A DNA stretch of 44,615 bases, taken from Trichomonas gallinae. Lineage: Eukaryota. The position numbers and the translations under genes are program-made. Positions 30,907-41,393 of the stretch are shown here, piece by piece. A model generated the notes under the pieces. That model worked only from the letters and a program-made list of their open reading frames with translations. It was not told where the DNA came from and did no database searches. Numbering within the stretch: position 1 is the stretch's first letter; each line of letters opens with the position of its first letter. Where the stretch lies: assembly GCA_008369845.1 (NCBI GenBank), contig MRSU01010694.1, positions 1-44,615 on the forward strand. The letters run 5' to 3'.

Positions 30907-32526
30907 TTATATTGTAATATCGCCACGAAGAGAACGTCCTGCTGTAATGACAGAGTTTCTAGATGTAATAATCATCGCATCTAAAGTTGATGAAACGGCA
31001 TCGACCTTCAAAACCATTTCGTTATCCTCATATTTCCATCCGCCAAGCAAACCGTTGACGGAAGCAGCTAATAGTAAACTTCCATCAAGAGTGAATTTCG
31101 TTTCTGTGATCATTGTGTCAAGATCATTTCCAGACTGCCATAGTCTTACGCCTGTCTGCGTATCCCATAGCGCAACAAGTCCGTTCTTCATACCAACTGC
31201 GAGTTTTGTATTTGTTGGATCAAGAGAAACAGATGTTGGAGGCGATGGAACACTGAACGATCCTAGATATGGATCGTGGTTATCTAAGTCCCAGAACTTA
31301 ACTGTTTGATCATCCGAAATTGAAATTAAACGCTTTGAGTCGCTACTGAATATAATCTTTGTTGGTGGCTGGTTATGTCCGATACAAACTCTCAATAAAG
31401 CACCAGTACGCATGTAAAATACTTTAATTGTTTTATCGCCACATCCACAAGCGATAAATGTAGCTGTTGCATCAAAAGTAACAGAGTAAATCGGATATAT
31501 ACCTGTATTAATAATCATATAAGGAATTAACGCTTCAAGATGAGAAATCTTAATAATTCCATCAAGGCTTCCACTAGCAAAAAGCCTCGAATCTGAAGAG
31601 AATGCAGTAGCAAGAACTTGCTCGCAGTGAGTAACTAATCGTAAAGTATTTCGTTCGCCTAAATTCGATATTTGATCAATTGAGTTCATATATACACTCA
31701 TTCCTTGTACATAAGAAAACAATCTGCCATTTGGTGAAATTTGAACTTCCGTTAGCCTATTATTATGGTTGAAAATTTCGATATTGCAAATATCTGGGAA
31801 ATTCTGTTGAACAAATGGGATATCATCTTCACTTACCAGCTGCGGTCTCATCATTGATGTCTCTCTTTGGTATCTGGCTGAATATGGCGGCAAAGTGATT
31901 TGGCACGGTTTAATTAATGGTAAAGAATTTGGCTTCATTGAGACTGAATTATCATTTGTAAATATGTAGTCATGCTTAACCGTCTCAACTTCGGTCACTT
32001 TAACTGCACTATTCAATATATAAGATAAAATTGCAGTGTTTGGATCATCAGCTGCATTATCAATAATTGCTAGGAGCTCATGATATGCCTCGCGGCACAT
32101 GCAAATATTGGTTATTTCTGGTCTAATTTCTGGATTATCGATAAATTGTTGAATTTTTGGCTGACATTCAGCTGGCTGATCATGTCTATACTTCTCTATG
32201 AAAATTCTGCGGTCTTCGTAGTTGTATGGTGCGTTCAGTTGATAGGCCAAATTTAAAAACATCGGAAAGATCAATTGTTTGAACTCTTTTTGAAAAGCAA
32301 GCGGAGAATTTAATACTATATCATGAACAAAGAATTTGTAGGCCGACTCTATTTTGTAAGGTGTTCGCGATGCTCCGTAAAGTTCCAATGAGCCAATCGC
32401 GTTCGGGACATCGATATTATATCTGTTTTTGGGATTGCTTCGAGTAGGATTTGGAATAATCTGGACGTTTTTATTCTGTAAGTACTCGAGAACGAACTGG
32501 GGAAGAGGGAATACTTCCTCGTTCAT
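30907..32526 (-). CDS. TAF5: TFIID subunit TAF5-like WD40 protein
   Basis: LisH-like FVLEYLQNKN. NTD2-like segment AYKFFVHDIVLNSPLAFQKEFKQLIFPMFLNLAYQL..RIFIEKY. C-terminal WD40 repeats (FASGSLDGIIKI, GCGDKTIKVF, GH...SISDDQTVKFWD, GLVALWD). Confidence 0.8.
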   Translation of the reverse strand: MNEEVFPLPQFVLEYLQNKNVQIIPNPTRSNPKNRYNIDVPNAIGSLELYGASRTPYKIESAYKFFVHDIVLNSPLAFQKEFKQLIFPMFLNLAYQLNAPYNYEDRRIFIEKYRHDQPAECQPKIQQFIDNPEIRPEITNICMCREAYHELLAIIDNAADDPNTAILSYILNSAVKVTEVETVKHDYIFTNDNSVSMKPNSLPLIKPCQITLPPYSARYQRETSMMRPQLVSEDDIPFVQQNFPDICNIEIFNHNNRLTEVQISPNGRLFSYVQGMSVYMNSIDQISNLGERNTLRLVTHCEQVLATAFSSDSRLFASGSLDGIIKISHLEALIPYMIINTGIYPIYSVTFDATATFIACGCGDKTIKVFYMRTGALLRVCIGHNQPPTKIIFSSDSKRLISISDDQTVKFWDLDNHDPYLGSFSVPSPPTSVSLDPTNTKLAVGMKNGLVALWDTQTGVRLWQSGNDLDTMITETKFTLDGSLLLAASVNGLLGGWKYEDNEMVLKVDAVSSTLDAMIITSRNSVITAGRSLRGDITI

Positions 32527-32532
32527 TTTAAG

Positions 32533-32556
32533 AAAGTGACAAAACCAAAAAGTGAC
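32533..32556 (-). promoter_or_regulatory. Tandem Inr elements (2 x GTCACTTT) of TAF5
   Basis: AAAGTGAC at 32533-32540 and 32549-32556, just upstream of the ATG at 32526. Confidence 0.65.
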
Positions 32557-32714
32557 GTTTAAAAAAAACTCTGTTTTTGGTCAAATTCTTGCATGATAAT
32601 AACCTAGCAGCCGATTTAAACGTCAATATAGCTGGATATATTAATTTTGTATCAGGATGTTATTCATTTTTTTATATTCATTATAACAAAATCTGAAGCA
32701 AATATGATTGATTT

Positions 32715-33182
32715 TGACTTTTTGTAAAGTTAAGTATTGTCAAAATGTCAGAAATTTAAAAATCATTTTTTGTAAAGTCATGCGTTGTCAAAATTTTAAA
32801 AAACATATGAAAATCAGATTTTTGTTTTTGTGAAGTTATAATTTTTTTAAAAAAAGACAAGATATCGGATTTTTTTTTTTTTTGTTAATTTTTACATTGT
32901 CAAAACGTCAAAAAAAAATAATATCTGTTTTTGTAAAGTTGTGCATCATCAAAATGTCAAAAACTTTAAAAATGAGATTTTTGGTTTTGTTCATCATTAT
33001 TATTTGCACATGTTAAATTCAACCAAAATTTTGTAAAGTTGTGCATTGTCAATATGTCAAAAAAAAATTATTGTATTTTTTTGTAAAATTATTTATTGTC
33101 AAAATGTCAAAAAGTAATATCGGATTTTTTTCATAATTATTATCACTAGTATAACACAACCAAAATTTTGTAAATCTGTCAC
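32715..33182. repeat. Degenerate repeat array TTTTGTAAAGTT-N-ATTGTCAAAATGTCAAAA (~7-8 full or partial copies)
   Basis: Units visible near 32718, 32766, 32826, 32890, 32928, 33028, 33079 and 33166 in the TAF5/GH30 divergent intergenic region. Confidence 0.85.
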
Positions 33183-33306
33183 ATTTTTCGCATCATAAAA
33201 AAAGAGTAGGCGAAAATAGCAGCATAGTCTTCTTCGTATCATAATAAAACGATGAATACGACGCCAAAAACGATATTCACAATTTTTTTTCTTTCCTCAT
33301 CTTTTG

Positions 33307-34752
33307 ATGTTTCTATCTTTTTTGTGCATAGAGCAAATGATCGCTCCAGACGAAAATAGCTACAGAGGAAACCCTGGTCCAAACCAGGTATATGCATACA
33401 CGACAACTGGTGATCAAGAACAACTTTTTAAGGCGTCCGAAATCAATTTTAATTCTAATAAAGAATCAAATGGTGCCACACTTGATATCAACTTAGATGA
33501 TAAGCATCAAGTTATTGACGGCTTTGGAGCTGCCATAACAGGCTCCACCGTATTTAATTTGCTTCAAATGTCAGAAAATGACCGCATGGACCTTCTTAAG
33601 AAGACATTTGACCCTAACACTGGTATGGGATACTCCTATATCCGTGTTTCCATCGGTTGTTCTGACTTCTCTCTTGATGATTATACTTATTGCGATAAAC
33701 CAGGCATCGAAAACTTCGAAATTCATCCCACAGATAAGGAACAGCTCATTCCAATCCTTAAAACTATTCTCTCAATCAATCCGAAAATCAAGATTTTAGG
33801 ATCTGTTTGGTCTCCGCCACTTTGGATGAAAGTTGATGACTTGATCTTCCTTAAGCCCCATAATTCGTTCATATCTGGTTATCTCGACCCAAGATTATAC
33901 CAAGATTACGCTGAATATTTTGTTCGCTATATTAAAACTATGTCCGAATATGGAATTACAATTGATGCTATCACAATTCAGAATGAGCCACTGAACAAAG
34001 GGAATTCTGCATCATGCTTCATGGGCTATAAGCAACAAGCAGAATTTATCAAGAAAGCTCTTGGCCCACTGTTCGTACAAAACAACATTTCTACTAAGAT
34101 TATCATTTATGATCATAACTATAACTATGATGGCATTATCACACAGAAACATTACCCAATCAAAATTTACGAAGACCCAGAAGCGAACAAATACATAGAT
34201 GGTGCTGGTTATCATGCATATGGTGGTGAAAACACTGAAATGGATTATATTCGCGAAAGGTTTCCAGATAAGAACCTTTACTTCACAGAAATGTCAATTG
34301 GTGAATGGAACTACGCATTCCAGTCCGATTTGATGTGGAATATCCGTGAGATCGGCATTGGCACACTCAACAAAGGGTGCAAATGCGTAATTATGTGGAA
34401 CTTTCTTCTCGATGATAAGCACGGCCCATATCGTCCTAAGGGATGCGATACATGCTATGGAGCTATTGATGTCAGCAAGAGTGACTATAAAACTCTTAAA
34501 TACAATTCACACTATTTCGACATGGCTCATTTGTCTAAGGTTATTAAAGCAGACTCAACAAGAGTTGGAGCCACGCTCTCTAATGCACCTAATATCTATG
34601 CAACAGCTGCCGTTAACCTTGATGGAACAATCGGGGCTGTCATTCTTAATGATCAAGACACTGAAACAACAGTCACTGTTAACGATGGCACACATTCATT
34701 TAATGTCGCACTTCCAAAGCGTTCCGTTGTTTCAGTTATTTGGCAAAAATAA
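33307..34752 (+). CDS. Glycoside hydrolase family 30 (glucosylceramidase / beta-1,6-glucanase-like)
   Basis: QVIDGFGAAIT, GMGYSYIRVSIGCSDFS, WSPPLWMK, ITIQNEP (acid/base), IYDHN, LYFTE (nucleophile) and WNFLLD. Short hydrophobic N-terminus. Confidence 0.95.
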   Translation: MFLSFLCIEQMIAPDENSYRGNPGPNQVYAYTTTGDQEQLFKASEINFNSNKESNGATLDINLDDKHQVIDGFGAAITGSTVFNLLQMSENDRMDLLKKTFDPNTGMGYSYIRVSIGCSDFSLDDYTYCDKPGIENFEIHPTDKEQLIPILKTILSINPKIKILGSVWSPPLWMKVDDLIFLKPHNSFISGYLDPRLYQDYAEYFVRYIKTMSEYGITIDAITIQNEPLNKGNSASCFMGYKQQAEFIKKALGPLFVQNNISTKIIIYDHNYNYDGIITQKHYPIKIYEDPEANKYIDGAGYHAYGGENTEMDYIRERFPDKNLYFTEMSIGEWNYAFQSDLMWNIREIGIGTLNKGCKCVIMWNFLLDDKHGPYRPKGCDTCYGAIDVSKSDYKTLKYNSHYFDMAHLSKVIKADSTRVGATLSNAPNIYATAAVNLDGTIGAVILNDQDTETTVTVNDGTHSFNVALPKRSVVSVIWQK

Positions 34753-35013
34753 GCTGATCAGTACTATTTAAATTGATAAATTTAGTAAAAGAATCATTTA
34801 GAATATATTCTTTGAATGTTCATATCAATAGTCATAGCTCAGCTAAACCAAATTTTTCTATACATCAACTTATATAATGTATGCATATCAAACAAATTTA
34901 ATATTAATACCTCTTATAATGAAAGTAATTAATATTATAGCGGATTCATTCATACTTATATATAATTTTGCGATGGCAATTATTTGAGAGCATCGTGAAT
35001 CAGTTTAACAACT

Positions 35014-35900
35014 TCATGATGATCTCTTTCTGAAGCCCAATTCAAAGCTGTTGAAACCTTTCGTGTTGACATATATTCCAGGAACTATGAGGAGGAGTTT
35101 GACAACTTCATGACGACCAAACATTGAAGCATTAATCAAAGCCGTTTCATTTTCATTGTTTTTTGCGTAGTCATCTATGCCAGGAACTGCGAGAAGTAAT
35201 TTAACAATTTCTTGATGACCACATTTTGAAGTCCAAATCAAAGTTGTTTAGTCCCATTTGTCTTTTGCGTTGACATCAATTCTGGGAACTGAGAGAAGTA
35301 ATTTGACGATTTCATCATTGCCTTTCCATGAAGTTATTATCAAAACTGTAGTGTTGTATTCGTCTTTTGCCTTAACATCTATTCCAGGAATAGTGAGAAG
35401 GAGTTTGACAACTTCATGATGACCTTTTACTGAAGCTAAAATCAAAGCTTCATCTAAATAAAAAAGTTGAAGTTTGAGAATAAATCTCAAAGTATTACAA
35501 TTATTGTGAAACGCATGGATACAATTGCTCTTTGCTCCAAATTCTAGGATGAGATAAGTTAGCTGGAAATCACACTCTCTGATTGAATGTTAAAGAATAG
35601 TTTCATCATATGAAAGGGAAATATCGTAGAATTAATTTGCACTACAAAATTCATAGAATTAAAATCATTTTCAAGTGCAATGCTATTGAGTCTAGTATAG
35701 ATTTTGTAAAAGGGTCTTCCTAAATTTTGTAAACTTTGCAGAGACAATATGTGACTGAGAGTGAGAAAATTGTCTAGATTGAGAGCTATTTGAATCTTGA
35801 TTTTCGAAATATTCCATTATCTGGTGGTAAACTATCGAAGAAAAGACTTAAAAATATGAAATATTTAATGATATCTTATTTTAGTTGGTATTCTATTTCA
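35014..35900 (-). pseudogene. Ankyrin-repeat protein pseudogene
   Basis: About 4-5 ankyrin repeats (ALILASVKGHHEVVKLLLTIPGIDVKAKD; TALINASMFGRHEVVKLLL) split over two frames near 35245. The upstream part is full of stops and frameshifts; the 5' boundary is approximate. Confidence 0.85.
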
Positions 35901-36474
35901 TGCAAATTTATATGCCAAAGTTTAAAGCTCCAAATAAGTATTTTCATGTGTTACTACTCCTGCAGATTAAACCATATATTGCTGATTTATGATCACGTGA
36001 ATTACCCACTTTATATATGTCAAATGTCAGAATTATAAAAAAGTGAAGTACCCTAATCACGCTCAAACATGTTAGCATGCATGTTAACATGTATTTAGTT
36101 TGTTTGCTCCAGTTTTTATGAGACAGTTCATTAAAGAGCAATATTGTCAATTTGAGAAACGGATATCTTTTAAATTAGAGTTTATTCAGTTAACGCTCTG
36201 GTTGTTATCTATAATAATCAGCCTTTATCTTTTTAAATCTATAATTTATGCGATAAGATCTTTAAAACTTTGAGATTAATGATTACTGATTCGTTAAGTT
36301 ACCTTCATATGTGAGACCTATTTAACGTGTGGGTTATTTTGATCGAGTAATAATTGTAAAAAAATAAATTATTCATTAGATGGCATCTAAACAGCTGCTT
36401 CCATGACCACTGATGCTGTATTTGATGAACAGAAAATAAATTTGCCTCACAAAAAAGGAAATTTTTTTTATAAA

Positions 36475-39249
36475 ATGAATCTTGGAGAAGAACCTGAGGA
36501 GGTTCGTTTCTTCCGAGAGATTGTATTACAAATAGTATCAGGTACTGATAATAACGCAGTGCTTGCTGCAAGAAAGAAGTACTCAGCTTGGCGAGAAACG
36601 CCTAATTCGATTACAACTAGTTTATATGTATGTGAAAACATTCAAGATGAATCATTAAAGTTTTTAGCGCTCGAAATACTCAACTATCACATAAGATTAA
36701 ACCATCAAATGCCAAACATCGCTGACTTCATCATTGAATCTCTTTACTCTCCAACGCCAAGATTCAGGGAGGCAAGCCGAGTCGCTGCTATAGGTGTGTT
36801 GTCTAGTCAAATAGTGCATGATTTTTCGATTTTAGAGAAAATACCATTCAATCATCCAGATGCCCCTATTTTTTTCGAGAAAATACCACGCGGATTTACA
36901 GGAATTAATATATCGTCGCATCATGACCCAGATAACACCGCAAAAATTAAATTCGAATTTTTACATTTGTATTTTACACTTCAAGTGCCTGATATTTATA
37001 TAATGCATTACTTGATTTCTCTTCGAGAATTCTTTCTGGCATATGAAGAGCCGCCAATGGAAATTACAAATGGATTCATCCAATTAGCGCAAACAATTAT
37101 TGACTTTCCTGATGTTGCTCTTGCTTTTAAATTACTTGAAGACTTTGGATCTTGGCTTTCTTCAACAGAAGCAGGAGATATTTATTCGCCTACAGAATTC
37201 ACGCGATCCGTCTTATTGTATTCAACTAAATTTGCTGAATTTCTATATAGAACAGAGATATTCGATCGCTTGCTTGATTTATGGAACTTTGTATTAATGC
37301 TTCCCAGTACTGTCATTTTTGACATAGAATTCCAGGATCTGCAGATATTTCTTAGGTTATTCTTTAAATCCATCCCACGTCTGTTTGAAAAAGGAAGCTT
37401 TTTCCAAGATATTCTAATAAGATTCTGCGATAAACTGGAAACAGCAACTCTTCCACCAGACGAAACAATAGAAATTGCTGTAAAACTCCTTAAAAATTAT
37501 ATGAGGTACGGCGTAATGATGATGCAGTGCCATGTTCCACTTTTAGTCACCGGTATCATGGAAATAATGAATCACGAGAACTTTTATCAACTTATTGCCG
37601 AAGGAATATGTGGAAAGATAAAAGCCAACACAGAAAGCATATTCAAAATAATCTCATCACTGCAATTAACTGACGTTCCACCTGAAATTCTTGTATTTTG
37701 TTTTGAATTGCTCCAAAAACAAGAGTTTTACCAAGACTACTCATCAATGGCCTTCCACTTCATGATGAAGGTTGCAAAAGAATCTCGCTATCAGAACTTC
37801 ACGCAGTTCGTCACTTCAAATTTACCACTTTTGCACCAGATTTTGGCATTATTGAATGAAAGTTTTCCGGGCGAAACTTTTACAACTGCAACGATGCTAT
37901 TAAGAAACTGCTCAGCATATAGGACACCAGACAACTTGAATTTCTGGTGCACAAAAGCTGACGAGTTCCTTGCAAATGCATCAGAACAACCTTCCTACGT
38001 TTTCGCGCAAGTATTTATTTACGAGTTGTACTACACTTCCGTCGTGTTGAATCCTATAACAGAAGAGAACGAGCAAAGCGAGAGGATACAAGCACTGTAT
38101 TCCTATATACAACAGATAGATAATCTTAGCTACTTTTATGATGTCGTTCACTTCACTTTTTCGTCACCTTTCTTCAACGATGACATAAGCCTTGACATCA
38201 AAAATATATTCGTGAAATATATTTGCGTGATTTTAACATCGGAATTTAATGACTTTCACGTAATGCTGCAGAATGTTGAACTTGAAAATCACGCAAACGT
38301 TTTGGGAATTTTGATCCATGTAATTCCTTTGATTCAGTTTGAAGACTCGATGAAGATTGTTCAATGCATTGACTCGATGCTGTCAGTTTTCACTACATCT
38401 CAGTCATTTAAATTCCTTTCGACATTCGCATTCTCAAACACTCCGATAAACTTCGACAACGCGAAAATGCTCGAAATTGGACAATTTTTGACTAAATATG
38501 AGGACTGTTCAGTCTACTACAGGCCGAACAGCGAGTTTCTTTCGATCCTGAGTTACTACAAGCAGCTTGAAAACTTCAATGACTTTAATTCGGTAGAAGA
38601 GTGGCTGCTTGCATCAGGACTCGACTTCGAAAATCAGCAGGATAAATTCCACAACATTGTCGGACATTTCCATACATTGTTCAAGCTCATTTTCATATTC
38701 AAAGTCTTGCACATTTCAGATTACTTGGCAAGCATCGATGTTGCCAGCTGCGACATTTACCTTTTGAACGAGGTAATCGATTTTGTATATAAGGCCACTA
38801 AATACATCAGTCCATGCTTGAACTGGATTCCAACATCTTTCATCATTCAACTCTTCAGCTACTACAACAAAGAGCGCTTGAATATAATATTATACCTCGC
38901 ACAGCTCGTTTTGTTTACTCGTTCCTATGATATTTCGCTCTTCCCTGATTTCGTTTCGTCGCTCATCCGGTCGATGTTCACGTACTACCCTGTAGATATG
39001 TTCAATTACATGTGGGTACTGATGTTCTTGTTCCACCAGGATGAAAGGGTCTCGGCGCAGCTGATGGCAGAAGTTTCTAAATGCTTGACGCAAGAAGATG
39101 CATCGTGTGAAGCGGTGGCATACTTCGAGCTCATGATGCACGCTATGCAGGAAAATAACTACGCTGGCTTCGTTCAATATATGAATACGAATCCTGGAGT
39201 TGCAATAGCTTGTGACAAATTCTACCTTTGGAGGCAGATGCGCGCATAA
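36475..39249 (+). CDS. Helical-repeat protein, importin-beta/exportin-like N-terminus (divergent)
   Basis: AARKKYSAWRETPNSITTSLYVCENIQDESLKFLALEILNYHIR resembles IBN_N, and the ~920-aa helical length fits a karyopherin. ATG 36475 (AAAATG, TCAC upstream) is preferred; the ORF is open from ATG 36403. Confidence 0.7.
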   Translation: MNLGEEPEEVRFFREIVLQIVSGTDNNAVLAARKKYSAWRETPNSITTSLYVCENIQDESLKFLALEILNYHIRLNHQMPNIADFIIESLYSPTPRFREASRVAAIGVLSSQIVHDFSILEKIPFNHPDAPIFFEKIPRGFTGINISSHHDPDNTAKIKFEFLHLYFTLQVPDIYIMHYLISLREFFLAYEEPPMEITNGFIQLAQTIIDFPDVALAFKLLEDFGSWLSSTEAGDIYSPTEFTRSVLLYSTKFAEFLYRTEIFDRLLDLWNFVLMLPSTVIFDIEFQDLQIFLRLFFKSIPRLFEKGSFFQDILIRFCDKLETATLPPDETIEIAVKLLKNYMRYGVMMMQCHVPLLVTGIMEIMNHENFYQLIAEGICGKIKANTESIFKIISSLQLTDVPPEILVFCFELLQKQEFYQDYSSMAFHFMMKVAKESRYQNFTQFVTSNLPLLHQILALLNESFPGETFTTATMLLRNCSAYRTPDNLNFWCTKADEFLANASEQPSYVFAQVFIYELYYTSVVLNPITEENEQSERIQALYSYIQQIDNLSYFYDVVHFTFSSPFFNDDISLDIKNIFVKYICVILTSEFNDFHVMLQNVELENHANVLGILIHVIPLIQFEDSMKIVQCIDSMLSVFTTSQSFKFLSTFAFSNTPINFDNAKMLEIGQFLTKYEDCSVYYRPNSEFLSILSYYKQLENFNDFNSVEEWLLASGLDFENQQDKFHNIVGHFHTLFKLIFIFKVLHISDYLASIDVASCDIYLLNEVIDFVYKATKYISPCLNWIPTSFIIQLFSYYNKERLNIILYLAQLVLFTRSYDISLFPDFVSSLIRSMFTYYPVDMFNYMWVLMFLFHQDERVSAQLMAEVSKCLTQEDASCEAVAYFELMMHAMQENNYAGFVQYMNTNPGVAIACDKFYLWRQMRA

Positions 39250-39675
39250 ATCTGTTTGATATTTTTTGTTTTTTATAGATAAATATACATAGTTGGTAAT
39301 TTTTGAGTTTTTTTCTATAATAATTATCGAATTTTTTTTTTTTTTCTTTTTGATTAATCATTTCATCTGTTCATTAATCATTTTCTGTTTATCTTTTCGT
39401 CTGTTCATTATTTTATGACTTTCGTCATGTTCAGCTGTTTGAAATTATTATTTTAAAAAATAATAATTTATGTCTTTTCCTAATATATGTAAATTTATTA
39501 AATGAAGTTTTATCTAGTATACATTATCTCTTAATTGCGAATTTGCAAAGTCTAATATTTTTAAATATACAAAAATATAAATTAAAATATTTGCGATACG
39601 ATAAAATATCTACAAATATTGAATGAATTGAGATGCATTGATTCGTTATATTCAAACATAGAAAAATAAAAATGA

Positions 39676-40401
39676 TTAAAATCCAAAGTCGTCAGCTGCT
39701 TGATTTGAGAAAAGATTTGTTTTCTTTGACTTGAATGAATTCGTGATAGTTGGTTGTGGGCTGGAAACAGTCGACAAAAATTCTTTTTTAATTGTTTTCT
39801 GTTGCTGTTGTTGTTTTTGTGCTTCGAACTGTTCAATTCTTTGCTTATCTTCGTCTGTTAGAAGTTGTTCTTGTTGTTTTTCTTCAGTAGGCACTGATTC
39901 AAGATTAAAACTATTATATTTTTGTGCTAAAGCCTTCAATCTTTCTAATTCATGTAATTGATCCATATCTTTCTTCATATCAACTGTTTTTGCTTCTGTT
40001 TGCTGAATAAAGGTTCCTTTCATTCTTTCTTTTTCTTCCAAAGCATTCGCAACATAGAAATCACGCCATGGTTCGAAGAACCTCTTAGCACCTTTTTCAA
40101 CAATGTAATCAGCATTCTTCGGATCTGTTTTAATTGTGATTTCTGCATAACAAGATTTGCAATGCATGTAGATTCTGTACACATTAATTTCTCCTAAGTA
40201 GAATTCCGTATAACAGAGTTCTTTTCGTGCATTTGCTTTTGTTCCAGCGAACATATATTCGCCGCAATTATCGCATTTAATCGAAAAAGGAAGCATAATG
40301 CGTACATCGTGCTGTCCATTCTGCGGCTTGCATCTATGGCCTGCTTTCGTGGGATCGAATTCAGGATTAATATATGTACATGAAAACTTTCGATCACCCA
40401 T
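39676..40401 (-). CDS. YJU2: Splicing factor YJU2/CWC16 (CCDC94)
   Basis: MGDRK..YINPEFDP, VRIMLPFSIKCDNCGEY..GTKANARKE, YLG.I.VYRIYMHCKSC..EITIKTDPKNADY.VEKGAKR, with two CxxC zinc ligand pairs. Confidence 0.93.
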   Translation of the reverse strand: MGDRKFSCTYINPEFDPTKAGHRCKPQNGQHDVRIMLPFSIKCDNCGEYMFAGTKANARKELCYTEFYLGEINVYRIYMHCKSCYAEITIKTDPKNADYIVEKGAKRFFEPWRDFYVANALEEKERMKGTFIQQTEAKTVDMKKDMDQLHELERLKALAQKYNSFNLESVPTEEKQQEQLLTDEDKQRIEQFEAQKQQQQQKTIKKEFLSTVSSPQPTITNSFKSKKTNLFSNQAADDFGF

Positions 40402-40421
40402 TTATATTTTTTGCCTAAAAA

Positions 40422-40660
40422 TTTTGGCATGTAAAATAATTTTGGCAAAAAATTAATTGTCATGTAAATAAACTATTCTGCAATGTAAATATTTGTTATG
40501 ACATGTAAATAAATAATTTGTCATGTAAATAAATAATTATGCAATGTAAATTATTATGTCATGTAAATATATAATTTTGTCATGTAAAATAATTGGTAAA
40601 TAAAATAATTTGTCATGTAAATATATATATTTTGTCAAGTTATTTATAATTTGTCAAATT
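40422..40660. repeat. Tandem ~20-bp array (AATAATTTGTCATGTAAAT-like, ~10-11 degenerate copies) filling a divergent promoter
   Basis: Repeated TGTCATGTAAA / GCAATGTAAA cores between YJU2 and the 98-aa gene. Confidence 0.9.
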
Positions 40661-40664
40661 ATCA

Positions 40665-40961
40665 ATGGCTTTATTGAGGATTAGTATATCTTCAATTTTA
40701 TTGATCCTCTTATCTGTTTTCTTTGGCTATGTAGCAATGGAGACATTACATATACTAAAAGAATCACCTAACTCAAATTTTGGAATTGTTTTTATTCAAC
40801 AAATTCCTAAATGCCTAGTTGATGTACAGAAAAAGATTCCTATACTCTCAAAGGTTGTTTCTTCATTTTCAAACAGCGAAGATGATGTAAATACAAAAAT
40901 CATGGCATTCATTTTATCATTTATATTAACAATAGTTGCATTATTCTATATAATACCCTAA
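40665..40961 (+). CDS. Small membrane protein (two hydrophobic segments)
   Basis: 98-aa ORF with hydrophobic N-terminal and C-terminal segments; the stop lies within TAAA. Confidence 0.6.
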   Translation: MALLRISISSILLILLSVFFGYVAMETLHILKESPNSNFGIVFIQQIPKCLVDVQKKIPILSKVVSSFSNSEDDVNTKIMAFILSFILTIVALFYIIP

Positions 40962-41393
40962 ATTCATGCTATTGGCTCAATATCATCTTTAATAGACTTT
41001 ATATCATCGAAAATTTTAATTGAAATTCGAGGAACTCTTTAACAATGTGCCATATATGATCATTGTTCTCAATCTAGAAAGCTACATCGATAATTGATGA
41101 ATATTTGCACGCTTACAATTGAATTTCGTTAAATTGCATCAAATTAAAGCTACACGCATCATTATTACTGATATCCTGCATAAATATTTTGATATAATAA
41201 GATTTTTTTTATCAAAATATTTTCATTTTTTCTAAAACGTGTTTAGTGAGTTTTTTGATTATATAAAAACATAAACACCAAATTTTCTACTATCATAAAT
41301 AAATTTAGAATACTAAATGTAAAGAATAAAATTTCATAACAAACAATAAAAAAAAATAGTAACGCACATACAAACAATAACATAATTTTTGGT

